The position numbers and the translations under genes are program-made. Positions 25,442 to 39,054 of a stretch of 64,000 nt of DNA are shown here, piece by piece (position 1 is the stretch's first letter; each line of letters begins with the position of its first letter). Below the pieces are notes generated by a model. The model was not told the DNA's origin. It worked only from the letters and a program-made list of their open reading frames with translations, and did not search any database. This DNA is from Vicugna vicugna (lineage: Eukaryota): positions 372,001 through 436,000 of the forward strand of contig MU058103.1 of NCBI GenBank assembly GCA_013265495.1, written 5' to 3'.

Positions 25442-26992
25442 CCTTTTTTCATCCCTCACTTTCAGTCTGTGTATGTGTGTCTTTAGATCCAAAGTGAGCT
25501 TCCTGTAGGCAGTGTGTATATGGGTCTTATGTTTGTATCCGTTCAGCCACTCTATGTCTTTTTTCTTTTTCCTAAAATAACTGTCAAAGACTTTTTTATT
25601 AAGCGTCTGAGATTTTACCCCGTTTCCCTAGCCAGTTAAGAGGTTAGCCTGCTGCAGTCTCCCAGGTGCTGTCAGAAGACGAGAGAGTCTGGGGTCTGAG
25701 GCAAAGGATGTTATTCCTAAGCCCTAGCAGTAGCCCACTCTGTGTCTTTTGATTGGAGTGCTTAGTGCATCTACATTTAAAGCACTTATTTATCGGTATG
25801 TACCCATTGCTGTTTTGTTAATTGTCTTGTAGTTCTTTTTGTTGTTCTTCCTTTTTTCTTTTGTTCTTTTCCCCTGTGATTTGATAACTGTTTTTAGTGT
25901 TATGTTTGTACTTCTTTCTCTTTTTTGTGCGTGTATCTATTATAGATTTTTTGGTTTGTGGTTATCAGAAGTTTTATATACAGCAGTCTATATAATACAT
26001 ATACATATATGTGTGTATATATACATATATATTTTGTTATTTTAGGTTGCTGATCTCTTAAGTTCATAGTATTTTAACAATCCTGCATTTTTACTCCCCT
26101 CCTCAGCATTTGCTGTTTGTGTCTTCAGATGTTACATCTTTTTATTGTATGTATCCCACTACTTATTGTAGATAGAGATGACTTTACTACTTTTGTCTTT
26201 TAATCTTATTACTAGCTTTATGAGTGGCTGATTTGCTACCTTTACTGAATATTTGTCTTTACCAATGAGATTTTTTTCTTTCGTAATTTTTATATCTCAA
26301 GTTTTGGCCTTCTCTGTTTCACTTAACGAGGTTTCTTTAACATTCCTTGGAAAGCTGGTTTCATGGTGATGGACTCTTTCAGTTTTAGCTTGTCTGATCT
26401 CTCCACCAAACTAAAAAGCTTTTTTGCATAGTGAGGGAAACTATCAACAAAATGAAAAATCTGCCTATTGAATGGGAGAAGATATTTGTAAATGATACAT
26501 CTGATAAGGGGTTAATATCCAAAATATACAAAGAACTCATACAATGCCACATCAAAAAAACCCAAACAGCTTAATTAAAAAATGGGCAGAGGATCTGAAT
26601 AGATATTTTTCCAAAGAAGACCTACAATGGCAAACAGGCACATGAAAAGATGCTCTACAGCACTAATCATCAGGGAAATGCAAATCAAAATCACAATAAG
26701 CTATCACATCACACTTATCAACTTGGCTGTTATCTAAGAGACAACAAATAAAAAGTGATGATGGATGTGGAGAAAAACAAATAAAAAGTGAAGAGAATGT
26801 GGAGAAAGGAACCTTCATGCACTGTTCGTGAGAATGTAAATTGCTCCATCCACTATGGAAAACAGTATGGAGACTCCCCCCAAATTAAAAATAGAACTGT
26901 CATATGGTCTAGCAATTCTCTTCCTGGGTATTTATCTGAAGAAATGAGAACACTAATTCTAAAAGATATATGCACAGGAAAAAAAAAGAATA
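25442..26992 (+). mobile_element. Rearranged L1: antisense ORF2 N-terminus and upstream sequence joined to sense ORF2 C-terminal part, no 3' UTR
   Basis: Minus strand encodes KRHRVAERIQT*DPYTHCLQEAHFGSKDTH (endonuclease start); plus strand from 26401 encodes ETINKMKNLPIEWEKIFVNDTSDKGLISKIYKEL...ILKDICT then an A-run; degenerate flanking repeat gaataaaa(at)gattg. Confidence 0.85.
25563..25734 (-). pseudogene. 5'-truncated retrocopy of an unidentified polyadenylated RNA 3' end, inserted into the L1
   Basis: 16-bp TSD ccactct(a/g)tgtctttt at 25547-25562 and 25735-25750; T-rich tail at 25563-25570; minus-strand AATAAA at 25595-25600; non-L1 body. Source gene unknown. Confidence 0.75.
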
Positions 26993-27249
26993 GAATAAAA
27001 GATTGAGGTGTGACTGGGTGTTGAAAGAGGAGAGGATACATTTTAGTTTGGAGCATAGAAGCTGAATTGTTTGGTACACAACGTTTATTTGAACTATATG
27101 AAATTGGCACTTTGATGGTCACATGGTCTAATTTCGAAAATTTCATATAAAACATAATTTGTTCTGGTTGCCATGAAGATCTGTGATAGGAAGTGTGGAA
27201 GCCTTATGTATTTGGTAAGGTGTCCTTGGACTCTTCTGCACGTGCATGA

Positions 27250-27475
27250 AGAGAGTGGACTGCTACAAAGAACGCAGGCTCCAGGGTCAGACAGACACAG
27301 GTTTGTATCCTGATCCTATTATTTACCTTAATTTAATCACCTAAACCTCCTGAATTTAGTTTATTCAATTATAAAATGGGAATCATAGTACGATCTTCAC
27401 AATTAGTGGAGATTAAATAAGATAATCCCATAGAAAATTTCTAACATGAAATAGGTCTTCAAAAATGTTATCTCT
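27250..27475 (+). mobile_element. MIR SINE
   Basis: gcaggctccagggtcagacagacacaggtttg...ataaaatgggaatcatagta. Confidence 0.75.
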
Positions 27476-30400
27476 GGCATTGAAGAGGTTCTGATCTTAA
27501 TTGGAAAAGTTTTTGACAGCAAAATTGAACAAATCTCCAAGAAAACATCTGCAATGCCTTCTCTTGCCCGTTCCTTTTCTTCTCATCCCTTCTGGCCCTG
27601 ATGCACCCCTAACAGTAGGCTCCCTCTGCCAGCTGTTGGGGGATTTCAAGTGCCAGGGAGCCCGGCTGCTCACATATGTCTGAATTGCTTCCTTTCTACT
27701 TAACCTTCTTGCTAGAAAATTAACAAGTTCAACTTTTTTCCTTTAAGTTGCCAAACATTTTGTACTTGGAATTGACTGTTATAAAATGTACATAGGTAAT
27801 TGTTGATGGTTTCTTTGGCACAGTCATTATTTATGTAATTATTTGTAGTTCACACATTAACAATTCATTTTCTGTAGCAATTGCAGAAATAACTTATGAA
27901 GGTGAATTGGAACCACCTGGGATCTTCATAACATTTTTCTTTCCAAATTGTGCAATTATGTACTACAAATGGGATTAGTGTTTGGGGAGGAGACAGATGC
28001 CTGGACCCTCAGTGTAACACCATCTATAAAATGTAACTTTGGTGTTTATCATACTTTACAGTTAATAAGTCCTTACATGTGCATAGTACTTTTCAGCATA
28101 CAGAAGACTTTCTTATGCATTACCTCATTTGAGGTATCAAACTGAAAGTACAATTTAAAGGTAAGGAAGGCAGCCGACAGTAATTCCATCTTGCATATAA
28201 GTAAACTGGGACTTTGCAACATTAAATAGTTTGCTTAAGGAACACCACCAGTAAAATAGTTGAACCTCTATTCTAGAGTATTCTTTCACATGAAAATTTC
28301 TTTCCTCCCACTCTGCCAAATGTAGGCATATGTCAATGTAGGTATCTGTTGCTATACACACAAATATGTAATCCATAGAATACAAAATTGCAGTTTCAGA
28401 GTATTTTTGTTTGTTTTTTACAGTAGCAATCATTAGTTGCTGATAAAATCTGGGGATACTTTTTCCAAATAATTATTAGGGATTCTAAAATAATCACTCT
28501 GCTGAAGACTTGTTAGGATTTTTGGTGTCTGAATATTCTACCCCTCACCTACCATCAGGTTCCATGCCAAGAAATTATCTTCATATGGACAAAAGTCAGC
28601 TGAGAAATAAATAAAGGGCTAGAGATATTAGTAAAGTTAGTTCATAGATAAGCTTGTATTTAGAAGGCTAAATGGGACTTTTTCTTTCAGTTCATTGAAT
28701 CTAAAAAGCCTGAGGTATGGTGTAGAAACAAGGTCCACTTATCAGTGATAACGATATTAACAAACAGTCACCGAGAGCGCCCTATTGGTTGGGCACTTTC
28801 CAAACCACTTGGAGGTGGGCATCTGTATCCTTTTATTACAGATGAGGAACATGGTGACTCCAGAAGGTTGCACAAAATCAACTCAATTCCTGGCCGTCTA
28901 TGGCTTATCATGAAAGAGCGTGGAGATAAAATAATGTAACTCACCACTTCAAGAAGGAAATAGATAAAACCAGAATGCCTTCCTTGAAAAGAAGCCCCAC
29001 TTTATGTAAAAGAGAAAGTGGCAATGCCTTAGATATTTCTTTATTTCAATTAATGTGCTAAATTACCTCCATGGCACTTAAATAACTGGTAGCTTATCAT
29101 GTTGTTCATCTGGTTCTGTTAAGACAAGACCTAAAGTCACAAGGCACATTGAATTTTCCAAAGCCTGTTGTATCCTCTCAAAATTCACCATTAATTGGTT
29201 TCCTGACACCAGAGGTCCAAAAAGGTAGGAATTCTAATATGTGTAGGTCTCTCTTTATTTACTTTAAAATAGGAAAAATAAGCTGCTAAGTCTCTATGAC
29301 TGCCTATGTTTATATGATTTATACATTTGTGGACAGCAATGCCATATCATTAGCTTGGGAAAGAGTCATAGTTTAGAAATTGTAGTTATCATTAGTTAGA
29401 TCAGATGTAAATTAATTTAAATAAATTGACTTAAATTTATCATCTGTTTCTAGAGTGAAATCCTTTCTCTTACACATGAAGTACAACATCTGGGGATTTA
29501 AAATGGCTATTACAACTGTGGTTCCCATTGCTGTAGCTCCTTATGACGACCTTAGAAAATATTACGGTTTTTCTAACTGTTGCTGAGTATAAGTACGAAA
29601 AGAAAGCTCAGTTTCCTCCATGAAAGTTCAAGTAGATTTTCAGCTTGTCACAACTAGCTCCAGGAAAAAAAAAAAAAGGTTTAAAGAGAATAGATTTAAC
29701 TAGGCTCTCTTCAGGGCCTCATTCAAGTCATGTTTTCCTCATCAAGGGATATTATACAATTCTTTTATTTCATTCTTTTTACTTTTGCCTTTAGCAAAAG
29801 CTTTAAATTTATCCACATAAAAATATATAAAATAAGAAAATAGTATTAATTCTAAGATTCCCCCCAAATTTTGTATCACTGAAAATTGAAGCAATGAAGG
29901 CACATCACAGTTAAATTGTCAGTATTTTGTTTTTCTTAATGTCACATAAAATAATGGTTCTTATAACTTGTGGCATCTTAGACTTGTTGAAATATTGTAG
30001 GTACATAACAGCTACCATTTCTGGGAATAATTAAGTAAATTATAGTATATTAATTGGAAAATATTTTAACCCTAATGCAGACGTCTGCTTGCTATTTATC
30101 ACTTTCTCGTTTGTATATTCGTTTCTTCAGCAATCCTAAATACAGTGCAGTCTAAAACAATTTGTTAGGCATTTGTCAAATATCAGAAATACCACGCAGT
30201 TCTGAGAAATTCCTACTCTGGGGGAGCTTACTACTTTATAGGAGAGTTAGATACAGAATACAATAAACCGTCTTAACTCCTTTCAAAGGCTGTAGGAATA
30301 AGAGAAATGAAGCTTTTCTTTGAAAAATGATCTACTCGTCTTTGCTCTTGAAATCTTTCAATGTGGTTGTTTAACTAAGTCTGACCCAGTGGCTTAGTAA

Positions 30401-31114
30401 CACTGAATTGGAGTAAACACCCAGTAGGGAGTAGTTTCAGAAAAATACCTGTCTCAATTCAAAATCAAATATAAGCCAAATTTGCTAATATTTTGGGGGA
30501 AAAAAGTATGCTTTGGAAGCTACACAACTCTCTAGTTTTGCCATCTCTTTGTAAATTGCTCCTATTCTCCCCTGTTATTTTCACGGCCAAGGTCACTTAG
30601 AATGCATTTCATATTACTTAACAAATCAGGGGTATATGGTAAAAATGGAAAATAAGTGGAAGTATAATCAAGTGTAGCATTTAGGGAATACTCTTGGCTT
30701 TTTTAATTCATTAATTAAGGAAAGCTCACCTTTGAATTATAGTACCAGTCAGTTTGCCAAGATGGTTCATTAAAGTCCAAATCTTATTATATATTACATG
30801 CTTTATGCTTTTCACACAAACTTATTATACTGCTCAGAGAAGGTTATCTCTAAAAGCACATTAGACTAATGTTCCTGAAACACTAGCTAATGTAATTTTT
30901 ATTGGATTGCTGTAACCAAAAAAGGTCACCTAATGATTTCTTCCGATAGTGATTTACTGAAAGGAAAATATAATTAATTAGTTATTGTGAAATGTTTGAC
31001 CTTGAAAGACCTTGTCAGTCATAAGGATTTATAATGTCATATTACCATATATAAAAACAGAAAATCAAATAATCTTTCAATATTGTTCTTTCACGTTTTA
31101 TCTAGACTAGTTAC

Positions 31115-31355
31115 AGTAATAATAGTTAAAATTTATTGAGTGCTAACTATGCACTGAGTACTATGCTAAGCACTTTAATTCATCATCATATTTTATCCCC
31201 ACAAAAAATCTAGGAGGTTATTATTGTCCTGATTTTCAGATGAAGAAAATCAGATGGGACTTTGAGAGGTCAAATAACTTAACCAAATTCACCCAGCCGT
31301 TAAGTGGTAAAGTCCAAGTTTGAACCCAGATGTTTCAATACAGTCCTCTCATACT
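31115..31355 (-). mobile_element. MIR SINE, near full length
   Basis: aataatagttaaaatttattgagtgctaactatg...ttttcagatgaagaaaat...tttgaacccag. Confidence 0.8.
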
Positions 31356-32059
31356 GTATGTACTGTATGAACTGTATGTACGCTCATCTTGCTTCCTCAA
31401 GGAAACTCATTATTTATGGGTGGAAATACTGATAGGGTTTGCATTCCGTCTTCCTCCTGGTAAATTAAGTGATCACTAAATCATATTTTGGAACAGTGAC
31501 ATCATAACAGGGGTGAAATAGTTGACTTTGAAGTCAACTGTATTAGTTCAGATCCCAACTCCATCACTTGATGCCGTGTGGCTTCCATCTAGCTGTTAAG
31601 CTCTTCCAGCTTCATTTTCTCTTCCTGTGAAGAGTCTTGTTTGAAGATGAGAAAATACCTAAAAATGCCTACGAAGGGACTTTAAGTCTACTCCTTTGGA
31701 AACTGAAAGGGGTTTATTTTGGGCCAGCAGTTTCCACATGCAGTACTGAAATAAGAGTGAGAGTTAGTGCTTTGAAATTTTAAAACCTCTCATCCATTTC
31801 TCTTTCTTGCTTTATATATATATACACGTGTGTATATTCATATCATAATTTAAGTAAATTTAAATTTGGTATCTCTTTGTTCAAAACCTATTGATGAAGG
31901 TAAAACTATTCTGATGGACAAAGATATAGATTTAACACCTTAGCATCTATATTCAGTCTGAGTTATATTTTCAAGCAGAGTTTTGAACATTCTGCATCAT
32001 CTACACCTTGTAATAGTTTCATCAGTACCATGGAAGCATGCATTCTTCCTGCTTTAGGC

Positions 32060-32300
32060 TTGTTTCCCTCAGGAAACAGAATATTAGCCAGAGATTTGAT
32101 TGAAGTAGATTTTGGGTTTTTCTGGGGGCAGGTGGTGGAAGGGGGAGTGATGGTGTCTGATGAATATCACATATAAGGGGTAAGAGAAGCAGGACTAGTT
32201 GGATGAGGACATTGCAACAGATGCCTTAGCAAATCCCATGGGGAGTCCTGAAGCTGGTCTCGCCTTTAAGAATAGACCAAAATTGAGGCAGAGAGACCTA
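32060..32300 (-). mobile_element. ERVL-class LTR fragment (LTR16/LTR33-like)
   Basis: ccctcaggaaacagaatattagccagagatttgattgaagtagatttt resembles the antisense 3' end of that LTR group. Confidence 0.45.
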
Positions 32301-32559
32301 GATTTTTTAACTGGTCATTAGATTCACTCACACACATATATATATACACAGAACATTTAGGTACCTCCCACTAGAAAATATGCAAGGGGATTTCTAGGGA
32401 GTTGGATTAGTATGTACGAGTGTGTGTGTGTGCATGTGCATATGCATGTGTTTCTACTTTTAAGTGTTTTCTATAATAAAGATATATATTAAGAAGTAAA
32501 TAGTAATGTAAATTAAAGAAACAGCCCTAATGAGAGCACATTCCTAGTTTTTGACAACT

Positions 32560-33560
32560 GCCTGATTTTCAGTGTTAGTATGTTTATAAAAAATCTTCTC
32601 TTTCATATATTTGTAATATTAAATTTTTATAAACAAATTTACTTGTATTTATAAAATATAGACTTAATCTAATATTAAGCTAACTTTATATCTTATTTTA
32701 TGGACTCTTTTATAGTGTAATTCCCATTTCTTCTTGATTTTTATTTCAAATATTACGGGAAAATATCTTTGTGGGTTTTTTATTAACACATTTTCTGAGT
32801 ATATTTAACTAATATATTCATTAACCTTTGAAACATATATACACAGACTCAAAATCCTTTTAATCTTTTTTCGTTGTTTTGGGGGATTTATTAATTGCAG
32901 GGGTTGAATCAGAGTAATTTCATATATTTTTGGATACTATTTTAATGCTTGGATCTTTTAAAATCTTTATCATTGAAATTCAACATTTATGTTTTCAAAA
33001 TGCATCTTGGTATAAAACAGTTCTCTTCAGTTTTTCTTGAAAAGTTTAAAGACGATCGTATTTTTCCTTCCTGAGAAATTTCTTCAACTTTGTCACTGTT
33101 TATTATACCAAACAATTTTATGTATCCCAAAATCCTAATATTTCAACATTTGATGTTATTTTTTTCTGTATCTCTCATCTTTCTGATGCCTTAATCTGCT
33201 ACACTTTTTTTTTCTGTATTCTTGAGGCTTTTCAGTCTGTTCTTTGCAATATTGACTAGACTTCTTGTAGTTTTACATTGGCTTTCTTGACACTGATAAT
33301 ATAATTTTATATTTCATGTACTTTTTTATATTTCATGTACTATTGGCTATTTTTCTAGCAGACTTTTAACAGTAGAAAAATATTGTCCTCTTATTTCAAC
33401 TTTTTTAATCTTTGGTCTTCTTATCCTGTTTCAATAAGGCAAGGTGATTTTGCCATATACTGAAAATTCTATTTTTTCTTAAAGTCTATGTTAATTTTCT
33501 TAGAATATGTAACTTTTAATTTTTAGGATTTACTCGAAAAGGTTTTTTTTTCATTTTTTT
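32560..33560 (-). mobile_element. Old degenerate L1-like fragment (L1ME/HAL1 type)
   Basis: About 1 kb of very T-rich sequence with an antisense L1-like character; poorly recognisable. Confidence 0.4.
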
Positions 33561-34327
33561 CTCCCAAATAAAGCCAATGAGAGAGATATACAGACCTGAA
33601 GTTTTCCTAAAGACAAGGTCTGAAGATTTATTGTTAACTCTTCTACTCAGATATTTTAATTTTTACAGAATCCTGTATCATTTTAACATCTGGGAGGCAA
33701 TCATACATGTGTAACTGTCATAGAAATTCATCTGGTGTGGCTCTACTAGACCAAGGTGGGACCGTCTCTCATTTCCTACAGCTTTTTTTTTTTTTTCTGT
33801 CACTCAAAACTACCACCACCAAAACCAATAGTTTTTGGATTCCAAACCTCAATGTTAATGGAACACCAAAAGGAAGTATATCTCTTCCTCCTTTTCTGCA
33901 AGAGGGGCTAATCTCTTTCATGAGGCAAAGCACAAGTTTACTACCACACTATCAATTTACTACCACATCTTTCTTCATTGTGTCATTAGTTGTCAATCTT
34001 TTCTTCATTTGTCTTTTTTAAGTATCATCATAAGAAGTGGTGGAAAGTTGAATTGGAAGATGAAAGATGTGTGAAAGGTTGCTAGTTAGTTGTCATTTTA
34101 AATTATATCTAAATTAATTGCTTTTTTAAAATCAATTTTGGCCTGAATCCTGTACTCACAGGCACCTAACCAATTCTGGGAAGAAAATCACTGTCAGGAC
34201 AGAGTGAAGTAGAAAGGAGATGTCGTGAGTAGAACGCTAAAGAGAATAAGATAACCAGTTCTTACTGTGGTATTTGCAAGTAGACTCTTTACCAGTCATA
34301 CCTCATTTTCATTCTTCAATTTCTTTG

Positions 34328-34718
34328 TTTTTCTTTCTTTTTTTGAATTGAAGTATAGTCAGTTATATGTCAACTTCTGATGTACAGCATAATGTTTCAG
34401 TCATACATATACATACGTATATTTGTTTTCATATTCTGTTTCATTATAGGTTATTATAAGATGTTGAATTCTGTGCTATACAGGAGAAATTTGTTTAGTT
34501 TATATACAATAGTTGGTATTTGTGTATCTCAAACTCTCTATCCCTTCCCACCCTCTTTCCCCCTGGTAGCCATAAGTTTATTTACTATGTCTGAGTCTGT
34601 TTCTGTCTTGTAGATAAGTTCATTTGTGTCTTCTTTTTTCTTTTCTTTTTTCTTAGATTCCACATATGAGTGATATCATTTGGTATTTTTCTTTCTCTTT
34701 CTGTCTTACTTCATTTAG
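34328..34718 (-). mobile_element. Young 5'-truncated L1 (camelid-type 3' end)
   Basis: aattgaagtatagtcagtt...tgtacagcataatgtttcagtcatacatatac; 19-bp TSD tcattcttcaattt(c/a)tttg at 34309-34327 and 34719-34737. Confidence 0.9.
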
Positions 34719-36425
34719 TCATTCTTCAATTTATTTGCTTCAAAGTTATATTGGGTTCAGTTGTTCAGTTGCATTCATGTGATAGCTGTGTGTACCTAAG
34801 GATTTTCTTCTTTTCTGTTTTCACTTAAGAAATTTCAGGAAAAAAAAGATACAGTCCTTTTAAGTGTTAGATCCCTTGCAAAGGTAGGTTGTAAAGAAAA
34901 CTCACACAATGTTTATAGGTACTATTAAGTCTCCTAGATACAAGCATTTTACTAAGCTATGATCATAACAAGTACAAATTTTATTGAGAAGAACCATAAA
35001 GAAAACTTCGTTCATTTCTTTAAAGTTTTGTTCTATAAGATGATCTGCTTACTTTATTTAAATAGCTGGATTTGTTCTTTTAAGAGAAAAATGTTTGTAT
35101 ATGTATTTTTCTTTTAAGCATGTCTATAGCTTAGAGTCTCCTGTGACCATGATAACCACTGGCCTAGCATTCGTAATCTCTCGTTATAGATGGAAATTGG
35201 AATAGCACACACTTACTGATTCACTCAATTGTTCAAATGTTTGCTAAGTTGTTATTTTATCCCTCCCAGTATTAGCCACCAAAGATACAGAGATGAAAAG
35301 AAGTCCAAAGGGAGCAATTGGAGACAAGTTAGATATGTATTACATGGTATGACAAATTCAATATAGGTAGATAGAAAGGGTGGGGAATCTAGCTCTTTCT
35401 ATATTTGATGATGTTACCTGCATCTTGAATTGTGAAGAGGAATTGTACAGACAGAGTGAGTTGGTAAAGTGGGTGAAAGCCATTCAAGGTAAAGGGAGCA
35501 GCAACACAGGTGGGATACAGTGTGGCATATTCTGAAGCCCACAGATAATTTAGGATAGAACACAGGAAGAGTGGAAGGATAAACCAAGACCTGGTGTACT
35601 AGTTTAAGGAGTTAAAATATCCTAGTATCAGAAATGGAGAATAACTGAATGCTTTCAACTGGAAAAGCAGATTTGCCTGAAAACTAAGTCTGGTCATTCA
35701 AAACACTTAAGTCTCATACATCTAATTCTTATGCACATCAAAAAATGTCCCTAATCTCATAGCCATGGCTTTCTTAGCTTAATCTTCTGCTTACTTTAAC
35801 AGCAGTCTGTCCACCCAGCAGATATATGGTCAGATGTGTATGTGTGTTTATGCCAATGAGATGCCAAGTTTTACCTGAAAAGATCATTTTCAGGCTTGAT
35901 AAAGGTTGTTTACAAAACAGGAAACATGTAGATTCCTTAATTATCTTGCTATATTTTGAGGTTTTTGAAGGTAGTTTGTGTTTAACACATATTTTTCATC
36001 TCCAAAACTACCACATTGCTTTGAACAGGGTGATTTACAAATATTTGAATGTATGACTAAGAAAACATGAAATAAAGTGAGAATTATTTAGAAATCTATA
36101 GGAAATTCATTTCAGCAAATTGCTTTTATCCTTTATTCTATTTCACATTCACTGGAAAGCTCTGTTCCTTCTGTTAGCACAGCATTTGTTTTTGTCACAT
36201 GGTTTATCAATGTTGCTAATGAGCTGCTAATTAGCTGCCAATTTTTGTGCAATTTAGAAGGTCTGCTCAAAGGAATATGCCTCAATGATCTTGCCTATTT
36301 GTTTCACATGTCCATAGTCCTGTAGTACAGAAATGTTATACATAAAGTTATCACAAGCTCACTGAGTGTGGCTGTGAATAGATTATGACTTCATTAAACA
36401 TCACTAATGTGGTGTCATGAAAATA

Positions 36426-36905
36426 CAGATGGTCCCCGACTTCTGCTGGTTGGACTTTTTTGGAATTTACAATGGTGCAAAAGCAATAAGCATTTTGTAG
36501 AAACCATACTTCCAGTTTTTAATTTTGACCCTTTGCTGGGCTAGTGATACATGGTCCATTGCTCTCTCAGGATGCTGGGAAGTGGCAGGGAACCCTCAGC
36601 TCCCAGTCAGCAAGGGGATCACAATCAATCCTCTTACAACCATTCTGTACCCATATAAACATTCTGTTTTTCACGTTTAGTACAATAGTCAGTTATATCG
36701 GATATTCGATACCTGATTATAAAATAGGCTTTGGGAAGATGACTTTGCCAACTGTAAGCTAATGTAAGTGTTCTGAAATGCAGAAGGTAGGAGAGGCTGA
36801 GCTCTGATGTAGGTTAGGTGTATTGAATACATTTTTGACTCGGGATATTTTCAACTTTAGTGGGTTTATCAGGATGTATCCCCATCATAAGGCAAGGAAG
36901 ATCTG
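36426..36905. mobile_element. TcMar-Tigger non-autonomous element (MER82-like)
   Basis: Imperfect terminal inverted repeats (cagatggtccccgactt... / ...ggcaaggaagatctg) with TA on both sides. Confidence 0.85.
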
Positions 36906-37009
36906 TATTCTTTCTCTTTTATAAAGGCAGGATTTTAGCAAAGAAAGTTCCATGTTAGCAAAGCATCACTTACTATGAAAAAATATGCACATCCCTGCAC
37001 ACAACCTTG

Positions 37010-37200
37010 GACCCACTGTCATGGCTTTGAATCTTACTTAGTTCTGCTATTTACTAAGTGTGCGATGTTAGTCTGGTTCTTTACATTGGTGATCCCATCT
37101 GTAAAATGAGAATAATTCTTACTTTTGAGAGTTTTTGGTAATGATAAATAGAGATAACACAGGCAAAGCATTAGCGAATCTTCACATATGGAAAAGTATT
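37010..37200 (+). mobile_element. MIR SINE
   Basis: cccatctgtaaaatgagaataatt core. Confidence 0.7.
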
Positions 37201-38289
37201 AAAAATATTTTTTTCCTTCCCTTCCTATAATGAGTCGTAGTGTAATTTTCAGAATCATGTACTCAATTCCATAATTTATTCTATGTGTTATTACACAAGC
37301 ATGGCTTGTATTTTTCTAATGGTGGTTCCCTTAAATAAGCCTTAGGATATACCCACATACTCCCAGATTTTTTTCTAAATCTAAGGCTTTAATTTATCCA
37401 ATTTCTTTCATAAAGCTCCACTTTACAAAGGTGTCCACTTTTTGCCATCAGAGCATGTCACACTATTTCTTTGATGCATACTCCTTGTAATTAAATGATT
37501 TACTCTCCTACAGGCTTATTTTTTTATGTAAATTTGGAATTCCTGGGGTGAGAAACAAATTTACTTGGTTTCTCTTCTTCCATATTACTTGGGAACTTTA
37601 AATCACATAAAGTTAGGTGATTATTTAGAGTACTTATTGAATTTAAAGTAGATTGAGGCAGAAGAGTAAAGCTTCCAAAATACTCCACTTATCACTCTGC
37701 ATTTCCAAGCCCCCTTTTATTTAGATTGGGCCACTTGACCTTTCTGGGCAATGAACTAAGGCCTGACTGTTGTGTGTCACTTCTGGCTTGAGGCAGTGAC
37801 ATACCCAAGTTTGGTTTCTCAGTCTGCCCCTTCCCTTTTCTTGACAATTCAGGTGGTATAACTACAGGGTGGCAGAAACTCAGTCCAGATCCCTTAGTGA
37901 CCACAAGGAGTAAGTCTTCCAATCTCCTTGTCCCAATCCTACTAACCCTCAATGGTATGAATGATCTGAATTTAGTTATTGTACTACACCACAGGATTTG
38001 TAGAGAGGATTAATACGGTCTACTTTGTTACTTTCATAATGTAGTCTGTCCAAATAAATACCTTTCTAATACATACCTTCTTTTCAGGAAAAAAAAAAGT
38101 ACTCCTTTACCTTTCTGACAGATGTATTGTGGTAAAGAACTAATAATGTAGCATTTCTTGAAAAATAAATATTTTTCTAAATACATGAACAAATTAACAG
38201 ATTTGTTCAAAAATAATCTTTATGCTGTTAGTAGATAAAAGGTGGGAGGACATTTTTTTTTGTCTGTGTTTTTAAATCTTCAAAAGAAT

Positions 38290-38490
38290 TTTAGGATTTA
38301 CTGTAGTATTTCCCACATTCAGCTCATCATAAGAATCATTTGGGATATTTCTTAAAATATATGGTATCCTGGGTCTCACGCCAGACCTAAATAAATAAAA
38401 TTTCCAAGGAAGATGCTAGAGAATATAACTTTTATTAGAAAAGCATCTCAGGTTAATCTTATGGTAAGGAAATTTTGAAAAACTGTTCTA
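38290..38490. mobile_element. MER5-type hAT element
   Basis: catcataagaatcatttggga...cctgggtctcacgccagacct...tttgaaaaactg. Confidence 0.65.
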
Positions 38491-39054
38491 CTATGGGGTG
38501 ATAGGTTGAAGGTTGAGATTTGATGAATAAATTGCTTAACAAGCTAAACAAAGGCACTTTGTGCAACCAGTCTATAAAGACAATGCTGTGGTGGTATCAA
38601 AGAACTATTAGAGTGATCGTCTCCAATCAGTAAGTTTAAAAATATTATGACATCACATTTTAAGCATATAATTAATGTTTTAAAGTTTAAGAAGCACTTT
38701 TACATATGTCCCTTCTTTTCCTATTATTTCTCTAGTGTTAAATATACCTTTTGATGAGGAAACGTAGTCTCTGATACTGTGTTTTGCTTCAAGGTCACGC
38801 AGCTGAAAAGCCTTTCTAATAAAGCAATGTTTTAACAGAAACCTAAAGATAAGCAGGATTAAAGGTGATTTACTAAAGGAGGCATATTGGTAACAGTTAC
38901 CTCAACTGTCAAAATATCTTCACTTCTGATCTAGGAACTACTCAAGGCTATTCAACCCTACTCCTTTCCCAAGTCTGGGCATTATCTTTATCTTTACCAA
39001 GGTTAAGAATTCTTCAGGTTGTGTTTGACAGTTGCTAACATTTCCTGTAAACAG

